Below the pieces are notes generated by a model. The model was not told where the DNA came from, made no database searches, and worked only from the letters and a program-made list of their open reading frames with translations. From Polyangia bacterium (lineage in GTDB: Bacteria > Myxococcota_A > Polyangia > JAAYKL01): a stretch of 56,109 nt of DNA. This document shows positions 30,711-39,993 of this stretch, in pieces. The stretch's first letter is position 1. The number at the start of each line of letters is the position of its first letter. The stretch covers positions 1-56,109 of the forward strand of contig JBNKCR010000082.1 in assembly GCA_050287845.1 (NCBI GenBank), read 5' to 3'. The position numbers and the translations under genes were made by a program.

Positions 30711-32252
30711 ATGAAATGTCGGATTGAAATCAATCGCAAATTCTGCGGTGTACATGTGTATCTGGTTGCCCTGGTTGTGTTGGGCTGTGGCGGGGAATCT
30801 CCAAATACATCTGTACCTCGGGTAGAGGAATATTCGCCGGCGTCGGTGCGGGTGGATTCGATTCCCGCTGACGCCATTGCCATAAATGCTTCGCATTTTT
30901 CATCCGCAACAGAGGCCCCCCTGGATTCAGAACTGGTGGCACTGGGCAACGCGCAGGCCTGGTGGCTGGGTGAGCCGGGAAATCGCAGTTATGTGGTGGA
31001 AGTGGAGCGAACAACAGCTCAACACACGGCGGACGATTTCAGAGCAGTCCCGCTGGTCCTTGTACACGGCCTTGGAACGAACGGTATGCGGGATTTTTAT
31101 CCGGTTGTGGCGGCGCTTTCCCGGACACGTTCTCTGCTGCTCATTGATTTGCCGGGGCTCGGGCGGTCAGAGGCGCCCGACGATGCATCGTTGAGTCCGG
31201 TATTTTTTGCAGCGTGGGTGGCTGAGACCATTGTGGCGCGAATAGAGGGGCCGTTTGATTTACTCGGACATTCTCTCGGGGGGAATGTGTGTCTGACGCT
31301 GGCGGCACAGCCTGACCTGGCGCTTCGAAAACTGATCATCGCTGATGCGGCCGGAGTTCTGCACCGGGAAGCATTTGTGAAAAGCCAGGTGGATGCGGGG
31401 ACATCTCCGGTTTCGAAGATTCACCGGGGACTGGGCAGAATTGTCACGGGCGTGAGCCGTACAATCACCGAAGCGTCTGCCGCGCTGGAGCCCCACGAAA
31501 CATGGCTTGGCAACAACGTCGAGCGGCTTTCACCAGGGGGAACCAAATCCGCCATGGCGTTGATTCTGCATCGAACAGGACCGTATATCTCGGGCATTGA
31601 TGCGCCAACGCTGCTGGTATGGGGAGAGAGGGATACCGTGGCGCCCCTCAGAACCGGATGGCTGTTGCGGGACCAACTGGCCAACGCCTCGCTGTCGGTG
31701 TTGCCCGGGGTGGGACATGTCCCCATGGTGGACGCCCCGGATGAGCTGATTCAACGTATATTGGCCTTTCTGGATTCGCCAGTGCGAGCCGACGAAGTAG
31801 CGCTTTCCCGGATGAACCGGGAAACACGAAGTCAACCGCGGCGCGAATCCCGACGCGTGGATTGCCGAACGGATGGACAGCGACAATTTACGGGGATGTA
31901 CGCAACGCTGCATCTGACAAACTGTGCGGATGTCACCGTGGAAAACGCGGAAATCGACCGGCTGGTACTGAATAACAGTTCTGTCCGTCTGGTGTCGGTC
32001 CGGGTGAGCAAAGGAACCTTCGCCGTTCACAGTGTACTCGAGATGACGGGGGGAGACTACACTGGCCAGATTGGTCTTTCCATGACAGATGCCACTGCGG
32101 ATATTGCCGGTTCAAGAATTTCGGGCAGCCGGTATGCCATTACCGCTCAGAAGAGTGCCCGGCTGTTGTTTTCGGCAACGCTCGTTGAAAGTCCTCTGAA
32201 TCATGGCAGTATCCATGATCGTGTTGTTCTCGGAGATTGTGAGGCCATCTGA
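30711..32252 (+). CDS. Alpha/beta hydrolase (probable lipoprotein) with C-terminal beta-rich extension
   Basis: LVHGLG, DLPGLG, GHSLGG, WGERD, GHVPM; lipobox VLGC. Confidence 0.85.
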   Translation: MKCRIEINRKFCGVHVYLVALVVLGCGGESPNTSVPRVEEYSPASVRVDSIPADAIAINASHFSSATEAPLDSELVALGNAQAWWLGEPGNRSYVVEVERTTAQHTADDFRAVPLVLVHGLGTNGMRDFYPVVAALSRTRSLLLIDLPGLGRSEAPDDASLSPVFFAAWVAETIVARIEGPFDLLGHSLGGNVCLTLAAQPDLALRKLIIADAAGVLHREAFVKSQVDAGTSPVSKIHRGLGRIVTGVSRTITEASAALEPHETWLGNNVERLSPGGTKSAMALILHRTGPYISGIDAPTLLVWGERDTVAPLRTGWLLRDQLANASLSVLPGVGHVPMVDAPDELIQRILAFLDSPVRADEVALSRMNRETRSQPRRESRRVDCRTDGQRQFTGMYATLHLTNCADVTVENAEIDRLVLNNSSVRLVSVRVSKGTFAVHSVLEMTGGDYTGQIGLSMTDATADIAGSRISGSRYAITAQKSARLLFSATLVESPLNHGSIHDRVVLGDCEAI

Positions 32253-32311
32253 GATAACCGCGTGCGCGGTTTCATGCCGCGTTTCGCAAACAGCGACACA
32301 ACGGTGTAAAT

Positions 32312-33403
32312 TCACTGGCGGATGCCGAGAACCTGCTCGAGCTCTGATTGGGTCTGAGCCAGATTTCTGAAAAACTGTTCTGCGTGGGAATCTCTGCCGA
32401 TGGGCAGTTTCGCTGTTTGTTCGAGGTTCAGATAGAGCGAGAGGATGCGACTCGCATCAGCAGTCGGGTACAACCGTAACAGACTTCTTTTTAGAGTGCC
32501 TTCACGGTCGACGGACGGAAAGACGCATGTGGCAATCTGGGAAATGTCCTTATCAACGGTGCACAGAATCCACGGCTCGTTGCTTCCCGTCATATCTGGT
32601 TTCAATTGCTGCATGGAAACGATTTCCCAGACGATGGTTTCGAGCTGCATTTTCTGTTCGGATGCGGAAATGTCGTTCAGCCGTTTGAAATTCACAGAGA
32701 CCGGCGCGTCGCTGAGCAGAAAGAATGCCCACACCGAACACACGTTGCTGAATATGGCCTCGTGGATTTGCCATTGATAAAAGCGTTCAAACCTGTCACT
32801 GGCAGTGAGTGAGGGCACTCTGTATAAATGCAGCAACTTCAGCACGTATACAGAATACATGTTCCACAGTCGCAATGCGTGAGTGAAGCCATCTTTCTGT
32901 CGGTCGGGGACGGTGCAGCGATTTCGGATTGCCTGAACAGCGGTTGCACTTAATTGGTCTTTCTGACCCACAGCCAGGTGGAGCCATTCAGATGGATCGA
33001 GGATACAGGCAATCTGAAAATCAATACTGTGACCTGCCGCGTTGGGGAACTTTCTACTCGCGGCCACCTGGTACGCGGTATGGCTATACGTCACGTCAAT
33101 CTGGGACATCCGAAGGAACGCCATTGCGGCTGCGGCCGTCAGCCAAGGAATTTCAGTGCGATCTCCACGTTTGATTCCGCGCCCCTGCACCATGTCCGAA
33201 AGTTTTGAGACGGTGGAACGATCTATCATCGCATGGAACCGCCGCTGCGTCGGGGTGCGCGAGGGAAGATAGGTGGCGGGAGAATACAATCGATTTGCGG
33301 TGACCCGGTTGCAGTGAAATGCGCTTTGGGATTTTAAAAGCCCGCCGATGCGATTGACATTTTCATGAACTGAATTTCGTGCTGTATTGGGTGTCGATGT
33401 CAT
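32312..33403 (-). CDS. Hypothetical protein
   Basis: 363 aa ORF filling the gap between convergent genes; no clearly recognised motif. Confidence 0.6.
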   Translation of the reverse strand: MTSTPNTARNSVHENVNRIGGLLKSQSAFHCNRVTANRLYSPATYLPSRTPTQRRFHAMIDRSTVSKLSDMVQGRGIKRGDRTEIPWLTAAAAMAFLRMSQIDVTYSHTAYQVAASRKFPNAAGHSIDFQIACILDPSEWLHLAVGQKDQLSATAVQAIRNRCTVPDRQKDGFTHALRLWNMYSVYVLKLLHLYRVPSLTASDRFERFYQWQIHEAIFSNVCSVWAFFLLSDAPVSVNFKRLNDISASEQKMQLETIVWEIVSMQQLKPDMTGSNEPWILCTVDKDISQIATCVFPSVDREGTLKRSLLRLYPTADASRILSLYLNLEQTAKLPIGRDSHAEQFFRNLAQTQSELEQVLGIRQ

Positions 33404-33709
33404 CCGGCTCGCTTTCCATCGTGAATAATTTTAAAATCCTGATTAATGTAGCATCAATTGGGCTACTGCTTCTGTTAAAATGGTTGATTCTCTATACGGC
33501 TTCAGAGGGATATACCTTTCGATACGGCGTACGGAATATTTGATTGAGCAGGTGCGAGTCCGCCGGGGTATTGAATCTGATTGCGATGCGAGAACTTGAA
33601 ATCCCCGGGCGGAAATATGGATGCGGGCGGGAAATTGTCATGTCTGTCGGTTGACACCGGCGCAATGTGACTAAAATTTACACCATCCTTAATTAGTTTG
33701 TAGAAAATA

Positions 33710-34678
33710 ATGTGTAGAAACAGTCTGTTGTTGATTCGGGAATTGAATATGCGTGCAAAAATATCTGACAGAAGCCGGCTGGTGATGAGTTTTACGCTGA
33801 TCATTGTACTGTTTGCCATATCCGGTTCCGTAACCCTGTATGGTCTGTTTGCGTTGGGATCGTTGACGGAAACGATTTATCTGCATCCTCTTGTGGTGTC
33901 GAATGCGTCGCTGCAAGCTGCGGTGCGCATCAACCGCATGCACAGAGATATGAAGAACGTGGTGCTTTCTGAAACATCCAGTGAACGGGAAGCGGCGCTG
34001 GAACGGGTGAGGCAGGATGAGGTGGAAGTATACCAGCAGCTTGACTTGATTCGCGATAATATTCTGGGCAATGCGGGAAAAGAACTGGAACGGGAAACAC
34101 GGCTTCTGGTGGATGAATATAAACCTATTCGGGAAGACGTGCGGCGTTTCATGGAAAAGGGAGACTCCGTCACTGCAATTCATATCACCCAGCATCGGGG
34201 GGCCCGCCATGTGGTGGAGCTGGACAGCAAAATGGCAGAGTTGTCCAGATATGCGAGAACGAAGGCTACCGGATTTCGTCAGAAGGCCCGCAACAGTCAG
34301 GTTCTGCTCGAACGGGTGACCATTGGCATCATCGCGGCCGCCATTCTTTTTTCGGTGCTCATTACCGTTGTGGCAACCCGTCGGGTGACTTTTGTGCATG
34401 CGACGTTGCGCAATCAGAAGGCGGAATTGGAAACAGCTCTTGCGGAAATCAAGACCCTTCGCGGGATCATTCCCGTCTGCGCCAATTGCAGACAGATTCG
34501 GGATGATGCCGGCGTGTGGCAGGCGCTGGAAGAATATCTCGATGCCCATTCTGATGCCAGCGTGACCCACGGCATCTGCCCGGAATGCATGGCAGAGCTG
34601 TACCCGGAAATTGCGGATGAAGTGACGAGCAGACTGGCGGAGAAAGGTCAGGTGCAGCGCGGAGGCAGACCGGGATAA
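33710..34678 (+). CDS. Membrane sensor: MCP-type four-helix bundle plus C-terminal Cys-rich domain
   Basis: TM, IYLHPLVVSNA..INRMHRDMK bundle, TM, coiled coil, GIIPVCANCRQIRDD..W..LEEY..HS...THGICPEC. Confidence 0.8.
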   Translation: MCRNSLLLIRELNMRAKISDRSRLVMSFTLIIVLFAISGSVTLYGLFALGSLTETIYLHPLVVSNASLQAAVRINRMHRDMKNVVLSETSSEREAALERVRQDEVEVYQQLDLIRDNILGNAGKELERETRLLVDEYKPIREDVRRFMEKGDSVTAIHITQHRGARHVVELDSKMAELSRYARTKATGFRQKARNSQVLLERVTIGIIAAAILFSVLITVVATRRVTFVHATLRNQKAELETALAEIKTLRGIIPVCANCRQIRDDAGVWQALEEYLDAHSDASVTHGICPECMAELYPEIADEVTSRLAEKGQVQRGGRPG

Positions 34679-34884
34679 GATTTTTTTTGGGGGGGCTGTT
34701 TGCACATACTTCTGATGAAACCTTCAATGACTTTCATTTCGCTGTCTTCGGAATCAGATGCTGATCCGTTGACCCCAGTGACATCCAGTAAATTGTGTTG
34801 TAATATCCGGCAACTGTGTCAGTGCACAATGTTCAGTGGATTATCGAGGATTATCGAGTATATGCAGCGAGGTCAGGAGTTATT

Positions 34885-35868
34885 ATGCGTAAATGTGATT
34901 CGTGTGGGAATGAGATACCCGTAAGTTCAACGGTCTGTACATTCTGTGGCTCACCAACTCATTGGTCCGATACCGGTGCCTCACACAATCCTTACCAGGT
35001 CAGCGGTGCAGTGATGGATGCGGCGTCGGCGGCGACCCATTCGTCGGAAGACGGGGAATTTGAGTATCGCGTACCTTTTGGCGTGGGGCCCATCATCGGG
35101 AGCATCTTTGGGGTCTGGTCCGAATCGCTGCCCAAATTGATGCTGGCCGCTCTGGTGCCATTTTTACCAATGACGGTGCTCGGGATTATCGCGGTGGTGG
35201 TTGTGGCGATTTTTATAACGAGTCTGGGATCGGTTTTCACAGATTTTGATTTTGATCGAATTGCAAACATCGATACCGGCATAACGCTCGTTGTGACGAT
35301 TGTGATGTTTGTTGTGGCATTCATGGCCGTTGGCATACCGGCTTTCATTGCACAGATGCGCATCATTGATGAAAAAGTGCGGACCGGGGAACATCGGCTC
35401 GGCGCATGGGAGGCGTACTGGAGCTCTTTTCGATATGTGCCGCCGGTTCTCGGAATGATATTTCTGATTTATCTCGCATTGATTGTGGTGGCGTTTCCCG
35501 CGGCGTTCATGGTGAAGGTTCCGGTTGTCATGGGGGTGTATATTTTTCTGGTTGCCATTGTGTTTACTGTCGCAACCATTCGGTTGTGTGTGGCCGTTCC
35601 GTGTATGGTATTTGAAAAAAGGTCAATTTTCTCTGCGCTGGCCGAATCCAGTCGACTTGTCAAAGGCCATGTTTGGGCGGTGATGGGAATTGCCGGCGTC
35701 ATGTTTATGGTAATGATCGGGATTGGTATTGTTGTGGGTGGTATTTCGTTGATTCCCATTCTCGGTCAACTGGCCAACATTGGAGCCAATCTGGCGTTGA
35801 GTCCCCTCCAGGCTGCCACCATCTGGGCGATTTATGCCGGTCTCAAAACGCCCAGAGCCAGCTTCTGA
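34885..35868 (+). CDS. Zinc-ribbon membrane protein
   Basis: AGGAG RBS; CxxCG..CxxCG; about six TM helices; SALAESSRLVKGH. Confidence 0.75.
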   Translation: MRKCDSCGNEIPVSSTVCTFCGSPTHWSDTGASHNPYQVSGAVMDAASAATHSSEDGEFEYRVPFGVGPIIGSIFGVWSESLPKLMLAALVPFLPMTVLGIIAVVVVAIFITSLGSVFTDFDFDRIANIDTGITLVVTIVMFVVAFMAVGIPAFIAQMRIIDEKVRTGEHRLGAWEAYWSSFRYVPPVLGMIFLIYLALIVVAFPAAFMVKVPVVMGVYIFLVAIVFTVATIRLCVAVPCMVFEKRSIFSALAESSRLVKGHVWAVMGIAGVMFMVMIGIGIVVGGISLIPILGQLANIGANLALSPLQAATIWAIYAGLKTPRASF

Positions 35869-36019
35869 AAAACAGTTGTAAAATTCTCTGCCTGTTTTGC
35901 CCATGCCGCTTTCTGTTTTGTCAGCTCCCCATCAAATTCCTTTACAGTGATGAATTCTGTGTGGTAGCTTTCACACAACTCAAAATGATGTGACTGGATC
36001 TATCGCTGGAGGTGTTTTT

Positions 36020-37090
36020 ATGGCTGTTCCCCAGGTTACCGCTGTGGATCTCATACTTACCTACGACTGCAACTGTCGTTGCCCTTACTGCTTTATCCGT
36101 GACCGGGGAGATTCTCTATCGATGTCTCCGGAGATGCTGGATCGGGCGTTGGATTGGGTTGCTGAAAATTCCGGCGAGTCGGTGGAGTTGATTCTGCTGG
36201 GGGGGGAACCGACACTGATGCCGCATCTGATCGAGCGTGCGGTGTATCGGGCTTTGCGATGGCAGCGGGCATCAGGGAAACGATTCAGTTTTAATATGAC
36301 GACCAATGCATTGAATATTGATGAGCCTCTGGCCAGGAATCTGGCCACCTGGGGCATTCGATATCTGCTATCCATTGATGGCACCGGCGAGCGCCATAAC
36401 CAATCCCGACCTGCGCTCAATATGACAGATCCTTTTGCGCACCTCGAAGATAAGTTTTCCATGCTGAAGGCGTATCAGCCCCATATGGCCGGTCGTTTGA
36501 CGATTGTTCCCGCCAATGTGGAATGGCTGGACACGGACTTGAACAAGCTGTTCCAGATGGGGTTTGAATCGTTCATCATATCACCGGCAACCGGGATGAC
36601 GTGGACCGAGGAAAGGCTCGATACGTTCACCGCCCAATTGACCGCTTTCGCTGCCCGTCGTGTGCCGGACCGGGACGGCCAGCTTCAGCCCCGGATTGAA
36701 CCCATTGACGGTGAGGATTCCGGTTGCGGCACCTGGGGATGCAGTGCGGGACGCGGGCGTGTGGCCATTGACCCAAACGGGATGATTTTCGGTTGCGCGA
36801 GAATGACTCGTCTTGATGCGGAAGACGGGTTGTACCTGGGAAGTCTTGATACAGGAATTATTCCCGACGGCAATATTTTGAAGTTTCAGGATGACACCTA
36901 TTCCAGCCGCCCTGCGGAATGCATCAGCTGTGATTTGCGGGAGCGCTGCATCGGCGGATGCCCTTCTGTGAACTACGATGCCACTGGCAGTCTCGTTACA
37001 CCAGCTCCGGATGAGTGCCGTGTCGCCCGGGCTTTTGATCGAATCAAAAGAGAGTCACTGCAACGTGTGCAATCGCTGCGCGCGTCATAA
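36020..37090 (+). CDS. Radical SAM/SPASM domain protein (peptide/protein maturase type)
   Basis: GGAGG RBS; CNCRCPYC; GGEPTL; MTTNA; SIDG; SPASM CSAG..IDPNGMIFGC..CISCDLRERCIGGC..C. Confidence 0.93.
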   Translation: MAVPQVTAVDLILTYDCNCRCPYCFIRDRGDSLSMSPEMLDRALDWVAENSGESVELILLGGEPTLMPHLIERAVYRALRWQRASGKRFSFNMTTNALNIDEPLARNLATWGIRYLLSIDGTGERHNQSRPALNMTDPFAHLEDKFSMLKAYQPHMAGRLTIVPANVEWLDTDLNKLFQMGFESFIISPATGMTWTEERLDTFTAQLTAFAARRVPDRDGQLQPRIEPIDGEDSGCGTWGCSAGRGRVAIDPNGMIFGCARMTRLDAEDGLYLGSLDTGIIPDGNILKFQDDTYSSRPAECISCDLRERCIGGCPSVNYDATGSLVTPAPDECRVARAFDRIKRESLQRVQSLRAS

Positions 37091-37114
37091 CATTTTATGA
37101 TGAAGGAGAATGGT

Positions 37115-38047
37115 ATGAGTACGGACAAAAAAATGCCAGATGAGGAAATGATAGCGAAAATCGCCGCAAAGGTTCTCGACAAAATAAAAGGAAAGCAGGG
37201 AACGGTATGCCAGGGGTACTACTGCGAGGGGGCGACAGGTGATGTGGATCCGGTGAAGCAATGGGAGGGTGTGCTGGGGGAGCACGGTATTAAAATGGAT
37301 GATGCAGCTCTTGCCAGAGTCAGTGCCATGCCGCTCACGCGGGATGAGATGCTGCAAACTGTTGTTGAACTCAAGACGGCTGACCGCTCTGTGGATACTA
37401 TCCCGGAAAACGAAGCGGAAGGCGCAGTGAAGAAAGTGCTGGCAGATAATGTGCTGATGGCCCGTCGTGCTGCCGGAAAAGCACGATGTGTACCCGGAGG
37501 TCCCAATAATACGGGCACCTGGTGTCTGAGCTGCGGTCCCAATAACAATGTTCGTTTTGGCTGTGAACCGTGCGGTCCGGCGGCGTCGATGCAGGTGAAT
37601 CATTGCGGTTCGTGCGGCCCCAACGGCGGAGGAACGAATTTCACCTGTGAGCCCTGTGGTCCGGCGGCGTCGATGCAGGTGAATCATTGCGGTTCGTGCG
37701 GCCCCAACGGCGGAGGAACGAATTTTGTGTGTGCCACCTGTGGCCCCATGAACAGTTCTGGCGCGTTCGGGTGTACAGCCTGCGGGCCGACAGGCAGCGG
37801 CGGTGGGTTTGTCTGCAGTGTATGCGGGCCCAGCAATAGTGGCGGTTTCGGCTGCGCGGTTTGCGGTCCTGCGCTCGTGGGTAATTTTGGCCAACAGTGC
37901 AGTCCGGCATTTGATTTCGGTGGGGGGTGTGTGGCCGCTTTCGATCCGGCTTCCGGCCGGCCGTTTGACCCACGTGATATCATTCGATTGAGTGAGCAGG
38001 TGGCTCAGCTGGCTGCGGAAGTTCAGAAACTGCGCTCCGGAAAGTAA
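37115..38047 (+). CDS. Cys-rich CxxCGP-repeat protein, candidate radical SAM substrate/precursor
   Basis: AAGGAG RBS; starts 24 bp after the rSAM stop; nine CxxCGP units plus one CVPGGP. Confidence 0.85.
   Translation: MSTDKKMPDEEMIAKIAAKVLDKIKGKQGTVCQGYYCEGATGDVDPVKQWEGVLGEHGIKMDDAALARVSAMPLTRDEMLQTVVELKTADRSVDTIPENEAEGAVKKVLADNVLMARRAAGKARCVPGGPNNTGTWCLSCGPNNNVRFGCEPCGPAASMQVNHCGSCGPNGGGTNFTCEPCGPAASMQVNHCGSCGPNGGGTNFVCATCGPMNSSGAFGCTACGPTGSGGGFVCSVCGPSNSGGFGCAVCGPALVGNFGQQCSPAFDFGGGCVAAFDPASGRPFDPRDIIRLSEQVAQLAAEVQKLRSGK
37562..37729 (+). repeat. 84-bp tandem duplication within the CxxCGP gene
   Basis: Copies start at 37562 and 37646; 37574-37641 is identical to 37658-37725. Confidence 0.92.
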
Positions 38048-38280
38048 ATTGCCCGTGCATCATGGTCTGGTCGAAACGGAATGATTCCATCCACCTCGGC
38101 GAAGAATTCAAGTTTTTTATCCCAATTTTTGTTGTGTGATGTTACGAATACGCTGACATATAATTCAATGAAAAACAATTCCGGTGAAGTTGCGAAAACG
38201 TGGTTATATCTACAGGGATTTCGATAATTCATGGCAACGGTAGCCAGTAAACACAACACAATGAAACATTGAGGCAAAGC

Positions 38281-39783
38281 ATGAAAATTTACGGTGAGAA
38301 AAGTATTTGGTTTGTAACGGGGTCTCAGCATTTGTATGGTCCCGGAGTGTTGAAACAAGTGGCGGAGAACAGCGAAAAAATTGCCAGTGGCCTGACCGCT
38401 TCAGCGCAGATTAGCGCACAGATAGTTGCCCGGGGCGTAGTGACCACACCAAAGGAAATTCTCAATGTTTGCCGCGAGGCCAATAACGATGAAAATTGCG
38501 TGGGACTGATATTGTGGATGCACACCTTTTCACCCGCCAAGATGTGGATTGCCGGGTTGAAGGCGCTGAATGTTCCCTACATGCATCTGCATACTCAGTT
38601 TGGCGCTGCCTTGCCCTGGGCAGACATCGATATGCACTATATGAACCTGAATCAGAGTGCCCACGGCGACAGAGAGTTCGGATTTATCGGCTCCAGACTT
38701 CGTCAGGACAGAAAAGTGGTGGTGGGCCACTGGCAATCCGATTCCGTTAAAGCCCAGATTGATGACTGGGTTCGCGCAGCCATGGGTTTCGACGAATCGC
38801 AGCGGTTGAAGGTGGCGCGTTTTGGCGACAATATGCGTCAGGTCGCCGTTACCGAAGGCGACAAAGTGGAAGCGCAGATCAGGTTCGGATACGAAGTGAA
38901 CGCCTATGGTCTGGGGGATCTCGCTGCGGTGTGCAATGAAGTGAGCGACGCGGATATCGATGCGCTGGTGGAGACCTATAAAACGGAATACGCAATTGAT
39001 GCGTCGGTTCTGGCAGATGCCCATCAGGTGGAGATGATCAGAAATGAAGCCCGCCTCGAGCTGGGGATGCAGCGCTTTCTGGATGCCAATGATTGTAAAG
39101 CGTTCACCAACTGTTTTGAGAACCTGACCGGACTGACCGGTCTGCCCGGATTGGCCACCCAGCGTCTGATGGGCAAGGGGTACGGATATGGTGGTGAAGG
39201 GGACTGGAAAACCGCAGCCATGAATCGGATTGTCAAGGTGATGAGCAAGGGGAAACCCGGTGGAACGACGTTTATGGAGGACTATACCTACAACTTCGGC
39301 GCCAGAGATCAGGTGCTCGGCGCACATATGCTGGAGATATGTCCATCCATCGCCTCAGGCAAGCCCGAACTGGTGGTGAAACCGCACACCATCGGTATCA
39401 AAAAAGATATTGCGCGACTGATTTTTACCGGGAGTACCGGGTACGCCATGAACATCACAATGGTGGATATGGGAAATCGGTTTCGGGTTGTTGTCAACGA
39501 ATTGGATACGGTTGAGCCGCCCGCGGACCTCCCCAATCTTCCTGTGGCCAAAGCCCTCTGGGAACCGCGTCCCAGTCTGGAAATTTCTGGAATTGCCTGG
39601 ATTCTGGCCGGGGGCGCTCACCACAGTGTCTATACCCAGGGCATCAACCTCGCGCAAATCACCGATTTCTGCGAGATGGCCGGTGTTGAAATGGTAACTA
39701 TCGGCGCGGATACCACTGTTGCCGGCATCAAACAGGAATTGCGTTTCAACGCCGTCTACTACCACATCAATTCAGGTTCCTGA
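38281..39783 (+). CDS. araA: L-arabinose isomerase
   Basis: [55 protein letters not shown]. Confidence 0.97.
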   Translation: MKIYGEKSIWFVTGSQHLYGPGVLKQVAENSEKIASGLTASAQISAQIVARGVVTTPKEILNVCREANNDENCVGLILWMHTFSPAKMWIAGLKALNVPYMHLHTQFGAALPWADIDMHYMNLNQSAHGDREFGFIGSRLRQDRKVVVGHWQSDSVKAQIDDWVRAAMGFDESQRLKVARFGDNMRQVAVTEGDKVEAQIRFGYEVNAYGLGDLAAVCNEVSDADIDALVETYKTEYAIDASVLADAHQVEMIRNEARLELGMQRFLDANDCKAFTNCFENLTGLTGLPGLATQRLMGKGYGYGGEGDWKTAAMNRIVKVMSKGKPGGTTFMEDYTYNFGARDQVLGAHMLEICPSIASGKPELVVKPHTIGIKKDIARLIFTGSTGYAMNITMVDMGNRFRVVVNELDTVEPPADLPNLPVAKALWEPRPSLEISGIAWILAGGAHHSVYTQGINLAQITDFCEMAGVEMVTIGADTTVAGIKQELRFNAVYYHINSGS

Positions 39784-39993
39784 ATCAGGCTATAGTGGTT
39801 GGCAACAGAACCCTGTTTTTTTTTAATAACATCATTATATATGTCCCCTGTACTGGATGGGGGTGTGTACCTTTTTCTCCGTTAATTTGCCACCGTTCGG
39901 GGGAATAATTATAAGTTTCGGGAATGCTGAGTGGTTTACCGGCGTACCAGTGAAACGGAAACAGGGGGATTGCCGAATGATTTGGAGGATAAA

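Noticed and set aside
33689..34705. 338 aa minus-strand ORF
   Set aside because: It is antisense to the recognisable sensor protein.
37487..37870. Multiheme cytochrome, DnaJ zinc finger or CRISPR interpretation of the repeats
   Set aside because: There is no CxxCH and no consistent CxxCxGxG. The repeats are in-frame coding units, not identical repeats with unique spacers.
37085..37894. 269 aa antisense ORF with repeated sequence
   Set aside because: It mirrors the CxxCGP gene, which has the RBS and operon context.
39803..39823. Possible terminator after araA
   Set aside because: The stem (AACAG/CTGTT) is too short and AT-rich to call confidently.
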